Origin: an uncultured Actinomycetes bacterium
GTDB lineage: Bacteria; Actinomycetota; Actinomycetes; S36-B12
Length of the DNA stretch: 59,154 nt
Direction: 5' to 3'
Assembly (NCBI GenBank): GCA_903960135.1
Contig: CAJBZP010000087.1
Location: forward strand, 1-59,154
Shown here: piece after piece, positions 41,247-50,167 of the stretch
How positions within the stretch are numbered: position 1 is the first letter of the stretch
Layout: every line of letters begins with the position of its first letter
Made by a program: the position numbers and the translations under genes
The notes under the pieces: generated by a model
What the model saw: the letters and a program-made list of their open reading frames with translations, nothing else
What the model was told of the DNA's origin: nothing
The model's database searches: none

Positions 41247-41624
41247 TCAACGACCTAGTACGTCGGTCTCCGAAAAGTCATTGCCGATGAAAAGAAGTGG
41301 TTCGGAATTCGCGACCGAAGCCGCATAGGCGAAGCAGTCACCGAAGTTCAACTGTGCCGCGTGCCCGGACCCTTTACCAAAACGCAGGTACGCGCCACGT
41401 GCGAGGTCGGCTTGCTCGGCATCAACGCAGATTACTTCGATGTTTAGAGCATGCCGAAACGAGTCGAAGGCCCCGGGTCTGCGCATGTCTAACACGATCC
41501 CAGCCTCGGCGATTGAGGCCGCGCTCATGCGAAGTGACTCCTCGTTTTCTAGGATTGTGATGAGATCCTCTGCCCCTGCCTCACCTAGGCACACGGCCAC
41601 CGCCACGGAAGAATCGATGATCAC
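41247..41624 (-). CDS. vapC: VapC PIN ribonuclease toxin (intact)
   Basis: IIDSS, E..IV, FGKG.GH.A.LNFGDCFAYA, GNDF. GTGA overlap with vapB. Confidence 0.9.
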   Translation of the reverse strand: MIIDSSVAVAVCLGEAGAEDLITILENEESLRMSAASIAEAGIVLDMRRPGAFDSFRHALNIEVICVDAEQADLARGAYLRFGKGSGHAAQLNFGDCFAYAASVANSEPLLFIGNDFSETDVLGR

Positions 41625-41866
41625 GAAGGCAGGCCAGTCTGTGGGTCGTAGAGCTGATCAATTGGATCGGCCTTCGGTGTCAGGCCGAGTTCGCGGGCTG
41701 AGCTCACGAGTGCGGTGAGGATCTGACGCCTTGCCCTTCTGCGCCGGCCATGCTCTGCCAGGGCCGCGCGCAAGGCATTGGTAACAGCGCTCGTCAGTGA
41801 CACCCCTTCGAGCTCGGCCAACTCCTTTGCGAGCCGGTGGGCTTCGGGGTCCTTGATATTGAGCAT
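41621..41866 (-). CDS. vapB: VapB antitoxin (Rv0623-like RHH)
   Basis: LNIKDPEAHRLAKELA...SLTSAV..AL, ending LYD..TGLP. Confidence 0.88.
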   Translation of the reverse strand: MLNIKDPEAHRLAKELAELEGVSLTSAVTNALRAALAEHGRRRRARRQILTALVSSARELGLTPKADPIDQLYDPQTGLPS

Positions 41867-41937
41867 AAATTTAGTCTACCTGATACTTGTTTTGTTTCTA
41901 CCATCTATCCACAAACACGGATGAAGAGGGCGGACCA

Positions 41938-44577
41938 TTAGGTCTGCGCCATATCTACGAAACGGCTGTAGTGGCCTTGGAACGCCACGGTGACTTGCCC
42001 GGTTGGGCCGTTGCGGTGCTTGGCGATGATGAAGTCGGCTTCACCGGCACGAGGTGACTCGCGTTCGTAGGCATCCTCACGATGCAGGAGCACAACGACG
42101 TCCGCATCTTGCTCGAGGGAGTTGTGGACTACGACTCCATCGGCGATGAAGTTGTGAGTGCCGGCAACCTCAGCGTCGAAGACATCCATTTCGCCGAGTG
42201 ATTCAATGCCGACGATCTCATCCCAGTAGACATCGTTCGTTGCGAGCATTTCGAGATCGTCGCTCTCGAGGACAGCGGCGACGCGCTGGAGGCGCTCGTG
42301 CCCCGGTGCAGACTTGAAGAGCGTGCTGCCGCAGTACTGCGTGCCGATCTGGGTCTGGAAGTCGCGGTGTGTCATCCCCTTCTCCGCCATGATCTCGCGA
42401 ACCTGTCCCCACACCTCGCGGGGCAGTGTGTCGCGATTGGTGTTCTCCGTGATCGTTTCAAGGATGGTGAGAAGTTTGGTACCGATTACTCCACGGGCAC
42501 CGTGCGCATTGATGCGGCGCAGGAACACTTTCTGATCTGCACCTCCCGAGACTGTGACGTGGTACCCATCCCGATAGCCGTTCTTGCGTGCGACAGCAAT
42601 GCGCGCGTTGATTCCGAATCGGAGGAGCAGGCGAGCCACATCATCAGCAAGGCGGCGGCTCGTGCTGGCGTAGTAGATGTGACCGCCACGCTGGTTCTTG
42701 GTGATCGTGATCGAGCCGTCTGTGGCCCACAAGTGCTTAAGGAAAAGGGCGATCTGGCGCTTGGGCAGTGCGAAGACTTGCTCCGGGATGAACTTCTCGT
42801 GGCTGCGCTTGCCGAACAGGCCGAGCGAATCAAACCACTCAGCCATTGGGTTTCGTACCCCATGGGTAACAGGACGCACACTCGCGAATCGCAAGGTAGT
42901 GCAACGTGCAGCTTCATATTCATCTATGCGCAACTTGACTGCGAAAGCACGCGGAGCGCAGATGCTCATGACGTCGATGTTGGCGGGATCCTTTGTTGCG
43001 TACCGGATTGGTTGCCGAGGAAGCACGGATCCATCACCCAGCATGTGGGCGAGAACAATCACGTGATCATCTGACCAATCGGTCTCTTGTGATGGTGCAG
43101 GAACGTGGCGCGGGATACCGATGCGAGAACCTGTATCGAGGCTGCCCAGCGGCTGCCAGCCCTGATAGGTGAGGAGCGGGTGGTTTGCTGTTGCATCGAG
43201 GATCCGGCCGCTAGCCGTGCGCACCCGGAAGACTTCCTTGCGCCCAGTGGAAAACACGTGCGAGAGCGGGCGCTCGACATAGCGGAGAGAGTCATCTAGT
43301 GACCAGACCGGGACATTGCGCTCACCGGATTCGAAAAGCTCACCCATGGTCATCTCTGCACCTGTGTCGGCGCGAACGATGCGAGTTGTTGCTGGCAGGC
43401 AGCCCGACTCGCGAAGGTCAGCGAGCATCGGCCGCTTATCTTGACGTTGCTCGGCGCCGCGGTTCAACTGGCTGATTGCGATGACTGGAACTTCAAGCTC
43501 CTTGGCGAGAAGTTTAAGGGAGCGCGAGAACTCCGAGACTTCCTGCTGACGACTTTCGACGCGCTTACCACTTGTCATGAGCTGTAGGTAGTCGACAACC
43601 ACGAGGCGAAGATCATGGCGCTGCTTCAGGCGCCGGCACTTGGCGCGGATCTCCATCAAAGTCATGTTCGGCGAATCGTCAATGAACAGCGGTGCCTCAC
43701 TGACGGTGCCCATCTTGCTCGCCAACTTGGCCCAGTCGCTCTCACTCATGGTGCCCGAGCGCATGTGGTGCAGCGGGATCTGGGCTTCAGCCGAAAGGAG
43801 GCGCATGACGATTTCGTTGCGGCTCATTTCCAGGGAGAACATGACGCTGCTCAGCCCATGCTTAATGGAAGCATTGCGGCAGATATCTAAACCGAGAGTT
43901 GATTTACCAAGTGCTGGCCGTGCCGCCAAGATGATCAGCTGCCCTGGATGCAGACCATTGGTCAAGGAATCCAAGTCAACAAATCCAGTCGGCACACCGA
44001 TCATTTCGCCGCCGCGATTTGAGATCGCTTCGATCTCACTCAATGCGTCGTTCATGATGTCGCGCAGGGGACTGTAGTCCTCGCTCATGCGCCGGTCGGT
44101 TACGTCATAGACCTCGGCCTGGGCGCGGTCGACCATCTCGTCGACATCACCGGTGCCGGTGTAGCCCATGCTGACGATGCGGGTGCCGGCTTCAACGAGC
44201 CGGCGCAAGATCGCTTGCTCGCGCACGATCCGGGCGTAGTAGTTGCCATTCGCGGCGGTTGGCACCAGGGACACCAATGTGTGTAAGTACGGTGCGCCAC
44301 CAACCCGAGCAATATCACCGTTCTTGGTTAGTTCGGCCGCTACGGTGACCGCATCAGCCGGCTCACCCTTGCTATAAAGATCAAGGATTGATCCGTAGAT
44401 CGTCTGGTGCGCTGGCCGATAGAAGTCGGCTTCGCGGACGGTCTCAACCACATCAGCTATCGCATCCTTGCTGAGCAGCATGGCCCCCAGGACCGACTGC
44501 TCGGCGGCCACATCATTGGGCGGGGTGCGGTCTTGACCGCGGGGCTCAACCGGCAACGGCAACTCGAGGACACTCAT
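41938..44577 (-). CDS. dnaB: Replicative DNA helicase, intein-containing
   Basis: PP.D..AEQSVLG, Walker A AARPALGKS, VVDYLQL, SQLNR, LRESG[intein]SLEQDAD, KHRNGP. Confidence 0.96.
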   Translation of the reverse strand: MSVLELPLPVEPRGQDRTPPNDVAAEQSVLGAMLLSKDAIADVVETVREADFYRPAHQTIYGSILDLYSKGEPADAVTVAAELTKNGDIARVGGAPYLHTLVSLVPTAANGNYYARIVREQAILRRLVEAGTRIVSMGYTGTGDVDEMVDRAQAEVYDVTDRRMSEDYSPLRDIMNDALSEIEAISNRGGEMIGVPTGFVDLDSLTNGLHPGQLIILAARPALGKSTLGLDICRNASIKHGLSSVMFSLEMSRNEIVMRLLSAEAQIPLHHMRSGTMSESDWAKLASKMGTVSEAPLFIDDSPNMTLMEIRAKCRRLKQRHDLRLVVVDYLQLMTSGKRVESRQQEVSEFSRSLKLLAKELEVPVIAISQLNRGAEQRQDKRPMLADLRESGCLPATTRIVRADTGAEMTMGELFESGERNVPVWSLDDSLRYVERPLSHVFSTGRKEVFRVRTASGRILDATANHPLLTYQGWQPLGSLDTGSRIGIPRHVPAPSQETDWSDDHVIVLAHMLGDGSVLPRQPIRYATKDPANIDVMSICAPRAFAVKLRIDEYEAARCTTLRFASVRPVTHGVRNPMAEWFDSLGLFGKRSHEKFIPEQVFALPKRQIALFLKHLWATDGSITITKNQRGGHIYYASTSRRLADDVARLLLRFGINARIAVARKNGYRDGYHVTVSGGADQKVFLRRINAHGARGVIGTKLLTILETITENTNRDTLPREVWGQVREIMAEKGMTHRDFQTQIGTQYCGSTLFKSAPGHERLQRVAAVLESDDLEMLATNDVYWDEIVGIESLGEMDVFDAEVAGTHNFIADGVVVHNSLEQDADVVVLLHREDAYERESPRAGEADFIIAKHRNGPTGQVTVAFQGHYSRFVDMAQT
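42121..43401 (-). mobile_element. 427-aa intein with LAGLIDADG homing endonuclease
   Basis: Starts CLPATT after RESG. Block B ATANHPLL. Endonuclease motifs LAHMLGDGS and LKHLWATDGS. Ends VVHN before extein Ser. Confidence 0.95.
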
Positions 44578-44666
44578 CTAGTTCTCCTTTCCGGTTGCCT
44601 ATTCCGCCGTGCCCACCAGTTCTAACCGGCGGGCCTACTCACTGTTCTAACAGGAGGGTCTGACGT

Positions 44667-44843
44667 AACGTATGGTCGCCGCGCCGGCGGTGTCCAACCA
44701 CCTTGTGGACCGTCCTGTGGAGGGGTTGGGGACCACCTGCTCCTGCCCGGTAAACCGCTGGGGACCACTTGGGGATACCCCAAATATTTCCGAGGGCTCC
44801 CCCTATGACCGCCCGGTATTCCCTGTCCCCAGCCTGTGGATAA
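44667..44843. promoter_or_regulatory. Putative dnaB promoter with adjacent DnaA-box array
   Basis: Minus-strand TGGACA-18-TACGTT (44696-44667). Perfect TGTGGATAA at 44835-44843 plus six degenerate TGKGGA-type boxes at 44704-44831. Confidence 0.65.
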
Positions 44844-44875
44844 AAGATTTCTTCACCAGTGGGTACCCTCAACCC

Positions 44876-45379
44876 GTGCCCAATCCCTACCGAATCACGG
44901 TCATCTGCCTCGGCAATATCTGCCGCTCCCCGATCGGGGAGGCGGTGCTCCGCGACCGCATCGCTAATGCGGGCCTGGCCGGCCAAGTCAGCGTTGACTC
45001 CGCCGGCACCGGCGACTGGCACATCGGCCAAGGGGCGAACGTCAAGTCAATCACCACCTTGAACCAGCACGGGTACGAACTTGACCACACCGCCCGCCAG
45101 ATCACCCCGAGTTGGTTTGCCGAGATAGACCTAGCCCTGGTGATGGACACCAGCAACTACGCAGATGTTTCCGCACTCATCGAGGCAAGTGGCGCCCAAG
45201 TCGAACTACGAATGATGCGCGCCTTCGACCCGGCCTTGCGTGGCAGCACTGAACCTGATCCGGCCCTTGATGTTCCTGACCCCTACCACGGCACCATGGC
45301 GGATTTCGTCACGGTGCTCCAGATGATCGAGGCCGCTGCAGATGGGCTGGTGTCCGAGTTACCCCTGCGCGTATCCTGA
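44876..45379 (+). CDS. ptpA: Low-molecular-weight protein-tyrosine phosphatase
   Basis: CLGNICRS, DSAGTGDWH, VPDPY. TACCCT lies 6 nt before GTG 44876. Confidence 0.88.
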   Translation: MPNPYRITVICLGNICRSPIGEAVLRDRIANAGLAGQVSVDSAGTGDWHIGQGANVKSITTLNQHGYELDHTARQITPSWFAEIDLALVMDTSNYADVSALIEASGAQVELRMMRAFDPALRGSTEPDPALDVPDPYHGTMADFVTVLQMIEAAADGLVSELPLRVS

Positions 45380-45421
45380 ATTCTGCACAACCTGCTTAGG
45401 CGTTTCTGCGATTGGGGGAAG

Positions 45422-45796
45422 ATGTCTGAAATCACGCCGGTTCCCGAGCAATTCTTCCTAACTATTGGTGATATCGGGCTCACCCGAGATGCCATCGTGA
45501 CACCAAACGGCACCGCACCCCTGAAGGGCTCGCAGTGGATAGTGGCGGATCAAACCACCACTGCCCAAAAGATCCCGACTTATGCGATCGTGCTTGCCGT
45601 AGTTTTCGCCATCTTCTGCCTACTCGGATTGCTGTTTCTCCTAATGAAGGAAGAGGTAACAACCGGGTACGTGCTAGTTACCGTGCGTTCTGGTGACCTC
45701 TACTACAGCTGCCAGATTCCGTGCGGGAATCAGCAAGCAATCGCTTCGGTCCGGGCCGCGGTCACACAGGCCCAATCCGCTGCCGCTCAGTTTTAA
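45422..45796 (+). CDS. Hypothetical single-TM-hairpin membrane protein
   Basis: IGDIG.T...IVTPNG..PL, then a hydrophobic segment CLLGLLFLL.KE. Confidence 0.7.
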   Translation: MSEITPVPEQFFLTIGDIGLTRDAIVTPNGTAPLKGSQWIVADQTTTAQKIPTYAIVLAVVFAIFCLLGLLFLLMKEEVTTGYVLVTVRSGDLYYSCQIPCGNQQAIASVRAAVTQAQSAAAQF

Positions 45797-45834
45797 TCAA
45801 AGATAATTACTAGCAGAAAGCCTGGTGAGTTGAA

Positions 45835-46137
45835 TTGTCAGTACCAACGCCGCCACCGTTCAACCCCGCTGAATATAGGCAGTCACAAGACGGCATGGGA
45901 ACAGCAGCACTCGTTATGGGCATTTTGCAGTTCTTCTGCCTCGGGCCCATCGGCACCGTTCTCGCTATCGTGTTCGGCTACCTAGGAATGCAGAAAGCCA
46001 AGCAAGGGCTAGCCACCAATGGCGGCGTGGCGAAAGCTGGGTTCATCCTCGGCATCATCGGTGCCGGTCTTTCAGTAGTCGGCTTCATCTTCTGGATAAT
46101 CTTCATAGTTGCCGCCGGCGCTTCATCGAGCTATTAG
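45835..46137 (+). CDS. DUF4190-like small membrane protein
   Basis: Pro-rich start, AALVMGIL...LAIVFG..G......G.A.AG.ILGIIG. Confidence 0.75.
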   Translation: MSVPTPPPFNPAEYRQSQDGMGTAALVMGILQFFCLGPIGTVLAIVFGYLGMQKAKQGLATNGGVAKAGFILGIIGAGLSVVGFIFWIIFIVAAGASSSY

Positions 46138-46160
46138 TTGCCCACACCAATTGCGCAAAG

Positions 46161-46194
46161 CGACGGGGCCCGGTCAGCTGACCGAGCCCCGTCG
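46161..46194. terminator. Bidirectional hairpin between convergent genes
   Basis: CGACGGGGCCCGGTCAG/CTGACCGAGCCCCGTCG, a 34-bp palindrome with one mismatch. Confidence 0.7.
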
Positions 46195-46207
46195 AGTTCA
46201 ACGTTAC

Positions 46208-46624
46208 TTATGCATTTTCCGGTCCGTACTTGTTGTCACCCGGAGTGCTCTTAAGAAGAGCCAGGATGAGTAGCAGGATCGCGCCGATACCGCAGGCGAA
46301 CATCAACACGTAGCCGAGCAGCACCAGCCACCCCGACTTATCGGAGTCGTGCACCCGGCGAACCATCACGCCAATCCCCGGTAGCAAGGTTGCTAGGCTC
46401 CAAATGATGCCCAGCACGCCAATGCCTGGGAGCTGCGTCGGGTTACCGCCAATCATGACTTCCTGGGCACCAATTTGGAAGCCTATGAACCCATCAATTA
46501 CTAACAAGATTATGCCGACTACGTAGACGAACAGAAAGAACCACCAGAACTCTGACCGACGGGCCCGGCCACTGAAGGTGGCGTATTTCTTAAAACAGGT
46601 GGAAATTGCTTGACCGAAACTCAT
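46208..46624 (-). CDS. DUF805 membrane protein (copy 3)
   Basis: FSGRARRSEFWWF, VRRVHDSDKSGW, GDNKYG. Confidence 0.9.
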   Translation of the reverse strand: MSFGQAISTCFKKYATFSGRARRSEFWWFFLFVYVVGIILLVIDGFIGFQIGAQEVMIGGNPTQLPGIGVLGIIWSLATLLPGIGVMVRRVHDSDKSGWLVLLGYVLMFACGIGAILLLILALLKSTPGDNKYGPENA

Positions 46625-46666
46625 TTCGTCTCCAATTTGTTAGCGATTGATTCTTTGGGTGGTGCG

Positions 46667-47023
46667 TCAGGCAGCGGCGGGGCCATAGGCGTTGTCGCCT
46701 GGCTTGGACGGCTGTGCCCAGAAAATGATCAAGATGATGATGCCAACGCAAGGGATCAATAGCAGCAACTGCAGCCAGCCTGATCTGCCGGTGTCATGGA
46801 GTCGGCGGCTACCTACCGATAACTCAACCAAAAGAAAAATGATGCCGATAATAAACGACACGATGTTAGAGCCATTTGTGTTTAATAGGCCAGCGATGAT
46901 GTTGATTACGATTCCGATTAAGAACACGAATAGGTAGAAGTACCAGAATTCTGAGCGACTCGCGCGGCCCGAGAAAACCCCGATCTTGCTGAAGCAGGTC
47001 GATATTGCTTGACCGAAACTCAT
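46667..47023 (-). CDS. DUF805 membrane protein (copy 2)
   Basis: FSGRASRSEFWYF, RRLHDTGRSGW, GDNAYG. Confidence 0.9.
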   Translation of the reverse strand: MSFGQAISTCFSKIGVFSGRASRSEFWYFYLFVFLIGIVINIIAGLLNTNGSNIVSFIIGIIFLLVELSVGSRRLHDTGRSGWLQLLLLIPCVGIIILIIFWAQPSKPGDNAYGPAAA

Positions 47024-47101
47024 GATGGCTCCTTTGGCGAACGCCCCTCCTCCGGAGCGCTTCGCCTAATCTTGGCCTAAATGGGCGGCAATTAACACGA
47101 C

Positions 47102-47512
47102 TTAGCCCAATTCTTCGCCGTAATTATTCCTCCCGGGGGTACCCCCGAGGACCCACAAGACCAGCAGGGCGATATTCCCGCAGGGTACGAGCAAGAGCAA
47201 TTGCAGCCAGCCTGACATCCCACGATCATGAAGCCGGCGACAGCCAACCGCATAGGTAGGCACCAGCAGGGCTAGCCCGATTAAAACTGCCAGCACGTAA
47301 AAAACCATGCCGACCACAAGAAGTGGCCCACTCGCCTGGCCGCCTGGGCTGCCGGCACTCGCGGCGAGCAGGAACCCCAGACCGATTAAGGCCACCACGA
47401 CAGTAACCAAGGTCTGGAACAGCATCCACCACCAAAACTCCGAGCGCTTCGCCCGTCCTTCGAAAGTTCCGTACTTTTCAAAGCAAGTGCGGACCGCGGT
47501 AGCGAAAGACAT
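47102..47512 (-). CDS. DUF805 membrane protein (copy 1)
   Basis: FEGRAKRSEFWW, RRLHDRGMSGW, GRNNYG. RBS GAGGAG before ATG 47512. Confidence 0.88.
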   Translation of the reverse strand: MSFATAVRTCFEKYGTFEGRAKRSEFWWWMLFQTLVTVVVALIGLGFLLAASAGSPGGQASGPLLVVGMVFYVLAVLIGLALLVPTYAVGCRRLHDRGMSGWLQLLLLVPCGNIALLVLWVLGGTPGRNNYGEELG

Positions 47513-47549
47513 TTTCAACTCCTCATCGGGCAGGCGAAGTAAATACTGG

Positions 47550-47996
47550 CTAGGCGACGACGACATCCAGTGTGACAACCGCGACCACATCAGGATGCAA
47601 TTGCACCCGGGCACTGTGCTTGCCCACTGTCTTGATCGCCTTTGGGATCTCGACCTTGCGCTTCTCGAGCACCACACCGCTTGAGTTCTTTACCGCCGCA
47701 ACGACATCTGCGGTAGTGATGGACCCGAAGAGTCGGCCCGTTTCACCCGCCCGTGAAGTTAAGGTCACGGTGAGGGCTTCAAGTTGCTGCTTGACCTCAT
47801 TGGCATGGTCCAGGCCCCGGATCTCGCGAACCTTGCGGGCGCGCTTGATCTGAGTCACCTGCTTTTCGCCACCCTTTGTCCAGCCAATTGCCAGGCCACG
47901 TGGCATTAGGTAGTTGCGGCCGTAACCATCTTTGACGGTGACCACATCGCCCGCGCCACCAAGGCCCGTGACTTCTTCAGTGAGAATCAGTTTCAT
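47550..47996 (-). CDS. rplI: 50S ribosomal protein L9
   Basis: MKLIL...[24 protein letters not shown]. Confidence 0.96.
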   Translation of the reverse strand: MKLILTEEVTGLGGAGDVVTVKDGYGRNYLMPRGLAIGWTKGGEKQVTQIKRARKVREIRGLDHANEVKQQLEALTVTLTSRAGETGRLFGSITTADVVAAVKNSSGVVLEKRKVEIPKAIKTVGKHSARVQLHPDVVAVVTLDVVVA

Positions 47997-48007
47997 GATC
48001 AATTAAC

Positions 48008-48280
48008 CTATCGGGAAGTTGGGATGTAGGGCAGGAGTGCCATTTCGCGAGCGTTCTTGACGGCGGTTGCAACTGCGCGCTGCTGCTGCACTGTCAGACC
48101 AGTTACGCGACGTGCGCGAATCTTGCCGCGATCCGAAACGAACTTGCGCAGCAAGTTGACGTCCTTGTAATCAACAACCTTGACATCTGGCTTGAGAAGT
48201 GGCGTTACCTTCTTTAACGGCATTTTGTCGCTGGCGCGCATTGGGCGCCGCTTCGTGTCTTTTTCTCTGTCTCGTCCCAT
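48008..48280 (-). CDS. rpsR: 30S ribosomal protein S18 (Cys-free form)
   Basis: [26 protein letters not shown]...[11 protein letters not shown]. Confidence 0.95.
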   Translation of the reverse strand: MGRDREKDTKRRPMRASDKMPLKKVTPLLKPDVKVVDYKDVNLLRKFVSDRGKIRARRVTGLTVQQQRAVATAVKNAREMALLPYIPTSR

Positions 48281-48350
48281 GCTTGGGTCGCTCCCTTTTT
48301 ATTGAGTCTGTGAGTGTTTTCTGTTTTGGTTTCTTAGCTTTGATTAAGAC

Positions 48351-48824
48351 TTAGAACGGGGGCTCATCGAGCGCTGCTCCGCTGGTGGCCCACGGATCGT
48401 CGGCCGGTGCACCGCCGCCGGTGTTGCCAGAGTTTTCACCAGGTGCGCCGCCTTGACGCGCGACGCGGTTTACCTTGGCCGTTGCGTAACGTAGAGCGGG
48501 GCCAACGTCTTCAACCTCGAGTTCCATCACCTGGCGCTTCTCGCCCTCGCGGGTCTCATAGGAACGTTGCTTCAACCGGCCAGAGACGATTACGCGGGTG
48601 CCCTTGGTCAGTGATTCGGCAACGTTCTCCGCATACTGGCGCCACACACTGCAACGCATGAATACGGTCTCGCCGTCTTTCCATTCGTTGGTGGTCTTGT
48701 CAAGAACGCGTGAGCTGGAGGCGACGGTGAATGAAGCAACCGCAGCACCACTTGGGGTGAAGCGCAGCTCCGGGTCATTGGTTAAGTTACCAATGACGGT
48801 CACGGTGATATCGCCGGCGGCCAT
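48351..48824 (-). CDS. ssb: Single-stranded DNA-binding protein
   Basis: [14 protein letters not shown], acidic tail DEPPF. Confidence 0.96.
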   Translation of the reverse strand: MAAGDITVTVIGNLTNDPELRFTPSGAAVASFTVASSSRVLDKTTNEWKDGETVFMRCSVWRQYAENVAESLTKGTRVIVSGRLKQRSYETREGEKRQVMELEVEDVGPALRYATAKVNRVARQGGAPGENSGNTGGGAPADDPWATSGAALDEPPF

Positions 48825-49129
48825 TACTTCGCTTCTTCTCTGACGTCTTCTGGGCGCATGACCTTGGTGCGCATCACGGCTTCGTTGAGACCAAGTTGGC
48901 GGTCCAGTTCGGCTACCGCCGTCGGAGTCGCCGTTAGGTTGATGACCGCGTAAATGCCCTCGGTCTTCTTATTGATCTCATAGGCCAACCGGCGCCGACC
49001 CCAGATATCAACGCGCTCGACACTGCCACCATCGCTCTTGACCACATTCAAAAATGTGTCAAGGCTCGGGGCAATTGTCTTTTCTTCTAGATCAGGGTCC
49101 AAAATGACCATGACTTCATAACGACGCAT
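48824..49129 (-). CDS. rpsF: 30S ribosomal protein S6
   Basis: [31 protein letters not shown]. Confidence 0.96.
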   Translation of the reverse strand: MRRYEVMVILDPDLEEKTIAPSLDTFLNVVKSDGGSVERVDIWGRRRLAYEINKKTEGIYAVINLTATPTAVAELDRQLGLNEAVMRTKVMRPEDVREEAK

Positions 49130-49134
49130 AGACA

Positions 49135-49195
49135 ACCCACCTCCTTTGGACTAAACGGTCACGGTCGATCCGTGACAGGAGGGTTTCTGCGTGCC
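49135..49195 (-). ncRNA. S6:S18 ribosomal protein leader
   Basis: CCCTCCT-GTCACGG-ATCGA-CCGTGAC-CG...AGGAGG: an anti-SD paired with the SD encloses a hairpin followed by a CCG-containing loop. Confidence 0.75.
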
Positions 49196-49380
49196 TGCGG
49201 TTTGGCGAAAAACCACTTCGCCAGGTTTCAGGGCCCCGCAAGAGTAGCGGTACCGAGGTCCTTTCCGGAAATCGGGGTTATCCACGCAGGGCTTGCCACG
49301 AGGTTGGGCCAGCCGTCTCCTGAAATCTGCCAGCCTCGCTCGGGCATGGGCCGCCGAGCCACGCGCCGTAGGCTGAGCCC

Positions 49381-50166
49381 ATGCGGATAGCGACATGGAA
49401 CGTTAATTCCGTGACCGCGCGGCTGCCCCGGGTTCTCCAGTGGTTGGCGGCGAACCAGCCCGACGTGTTGGCACTACAAGAACTTAAGTGCACCGACGCT
49501 GCCTTCCCAACCATGGATATCTCGGCTTTGGGGTATGAAGTTGCCTCACATGGCACCGGCCGGTGGAACGGTGTCGCGCTACTCAGCCGAATAGGCCTGG
49601 TCGACGTCACCCGCGGCCTCGTTGACCAGCCGCAATACGAAGGTGCCGACGAACCTCGAGCCATCGCAGCCACCTGTGGTGGCGTTCGCGTCTGGAGCAT
49701 CTACGTGCCCAACGGGCGCGAACCTGGGCATGATCACTACCAATACAAACTCAATTGGTTAGGCGCACTCGAAGTGACAATCGGTCAGGAGCTATCAGCT
49801 GCCCCGACCCGTCCACTCGCGGTCATCGGCGACTACAACGTCGCCCCAACCGATGAGGACGTCTGGGATATCAGCCAGTTCAGCGAGAGTACCCACGTCA
49901 CGGCGCCGGAGCGCGCAGCTTTAGCGAAATTACGCTCAACTGGTTTAACTGAAGTGGTGCCTCGCGCCCTGAAGGGATATCCATTCACCTTCTGGGATTA
50001 CCGCCAAGCCGCATTCGGTCGCGGATGGGGTATGCGGATCGATTTGGTTTATGCGAACGAACCATTCGCTGCACAAGTAACTGATGCCTATGTCGATCGC
50101 GAGGAGCGCAAAGGTAAAGGTGCCTCTGATCACGCACCCGTCGTCGTCGACCTGGATCTTGATTGA
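49381..50166 (+). CDS. xth: Exodeoxyribonuclease III
   Basis: ATWNVNS, LQELK, YVPNG, GDYN, RIDL, SDHAP. Confidence 0.93.
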   Translation: MRIATWNVNSVTARLPRVLQWLAANQPDVLALQELKCTDAAFPTMDISALGYEVASHGTGRWNGVALLSRIGLVDVTRGLVDQPQYEGADEPRAIAATCGGVRVWSIYVPNGREPGHDHYQYKLNWLGALEVTIGQELSAAPTRPLAVIGDYNVAPTDEDVWDISQFSESTHVTAPERAALAKLRSTGLTEVVPRALKGYPFTFWDYRQAAFGRGWGMRIDLVYANEPFAAQVTDAYVDREERKGKGASDHAPVVVDLDLD

Positions 50167-50167
50167 C

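Noticed and set aside
42298-43074. 258-aa plus-strand ORF inside the dnaB intein
   Set aside because: Antisense shadow of a high-GC coding strand, with no motifs or RBS.
44704-44843. oriC or a CRISPR-like array
   Set aside because: There is no adjacent dnaA/dnaN and no clear AT-rich unwinding element. The repeats are 9-bp degenerate units without spacers or cas genes.
44639-44875. ORFs across the dnaB-ptpA gap (44639-45031 and the 44672 extension)
   Set aside because: The region is better explained by promoters and DnaA boxes. The PTP domain starts at 44876.
49151-49396. Small ORFs or a riboswitch in the rpsF-xth gap
   Set aside because: Apart from the S6:S18 leader and a short hairpin (TGGCGAA/TTCGCCA), there is no recognisable RNA motif, and the ORFs lack coding features.
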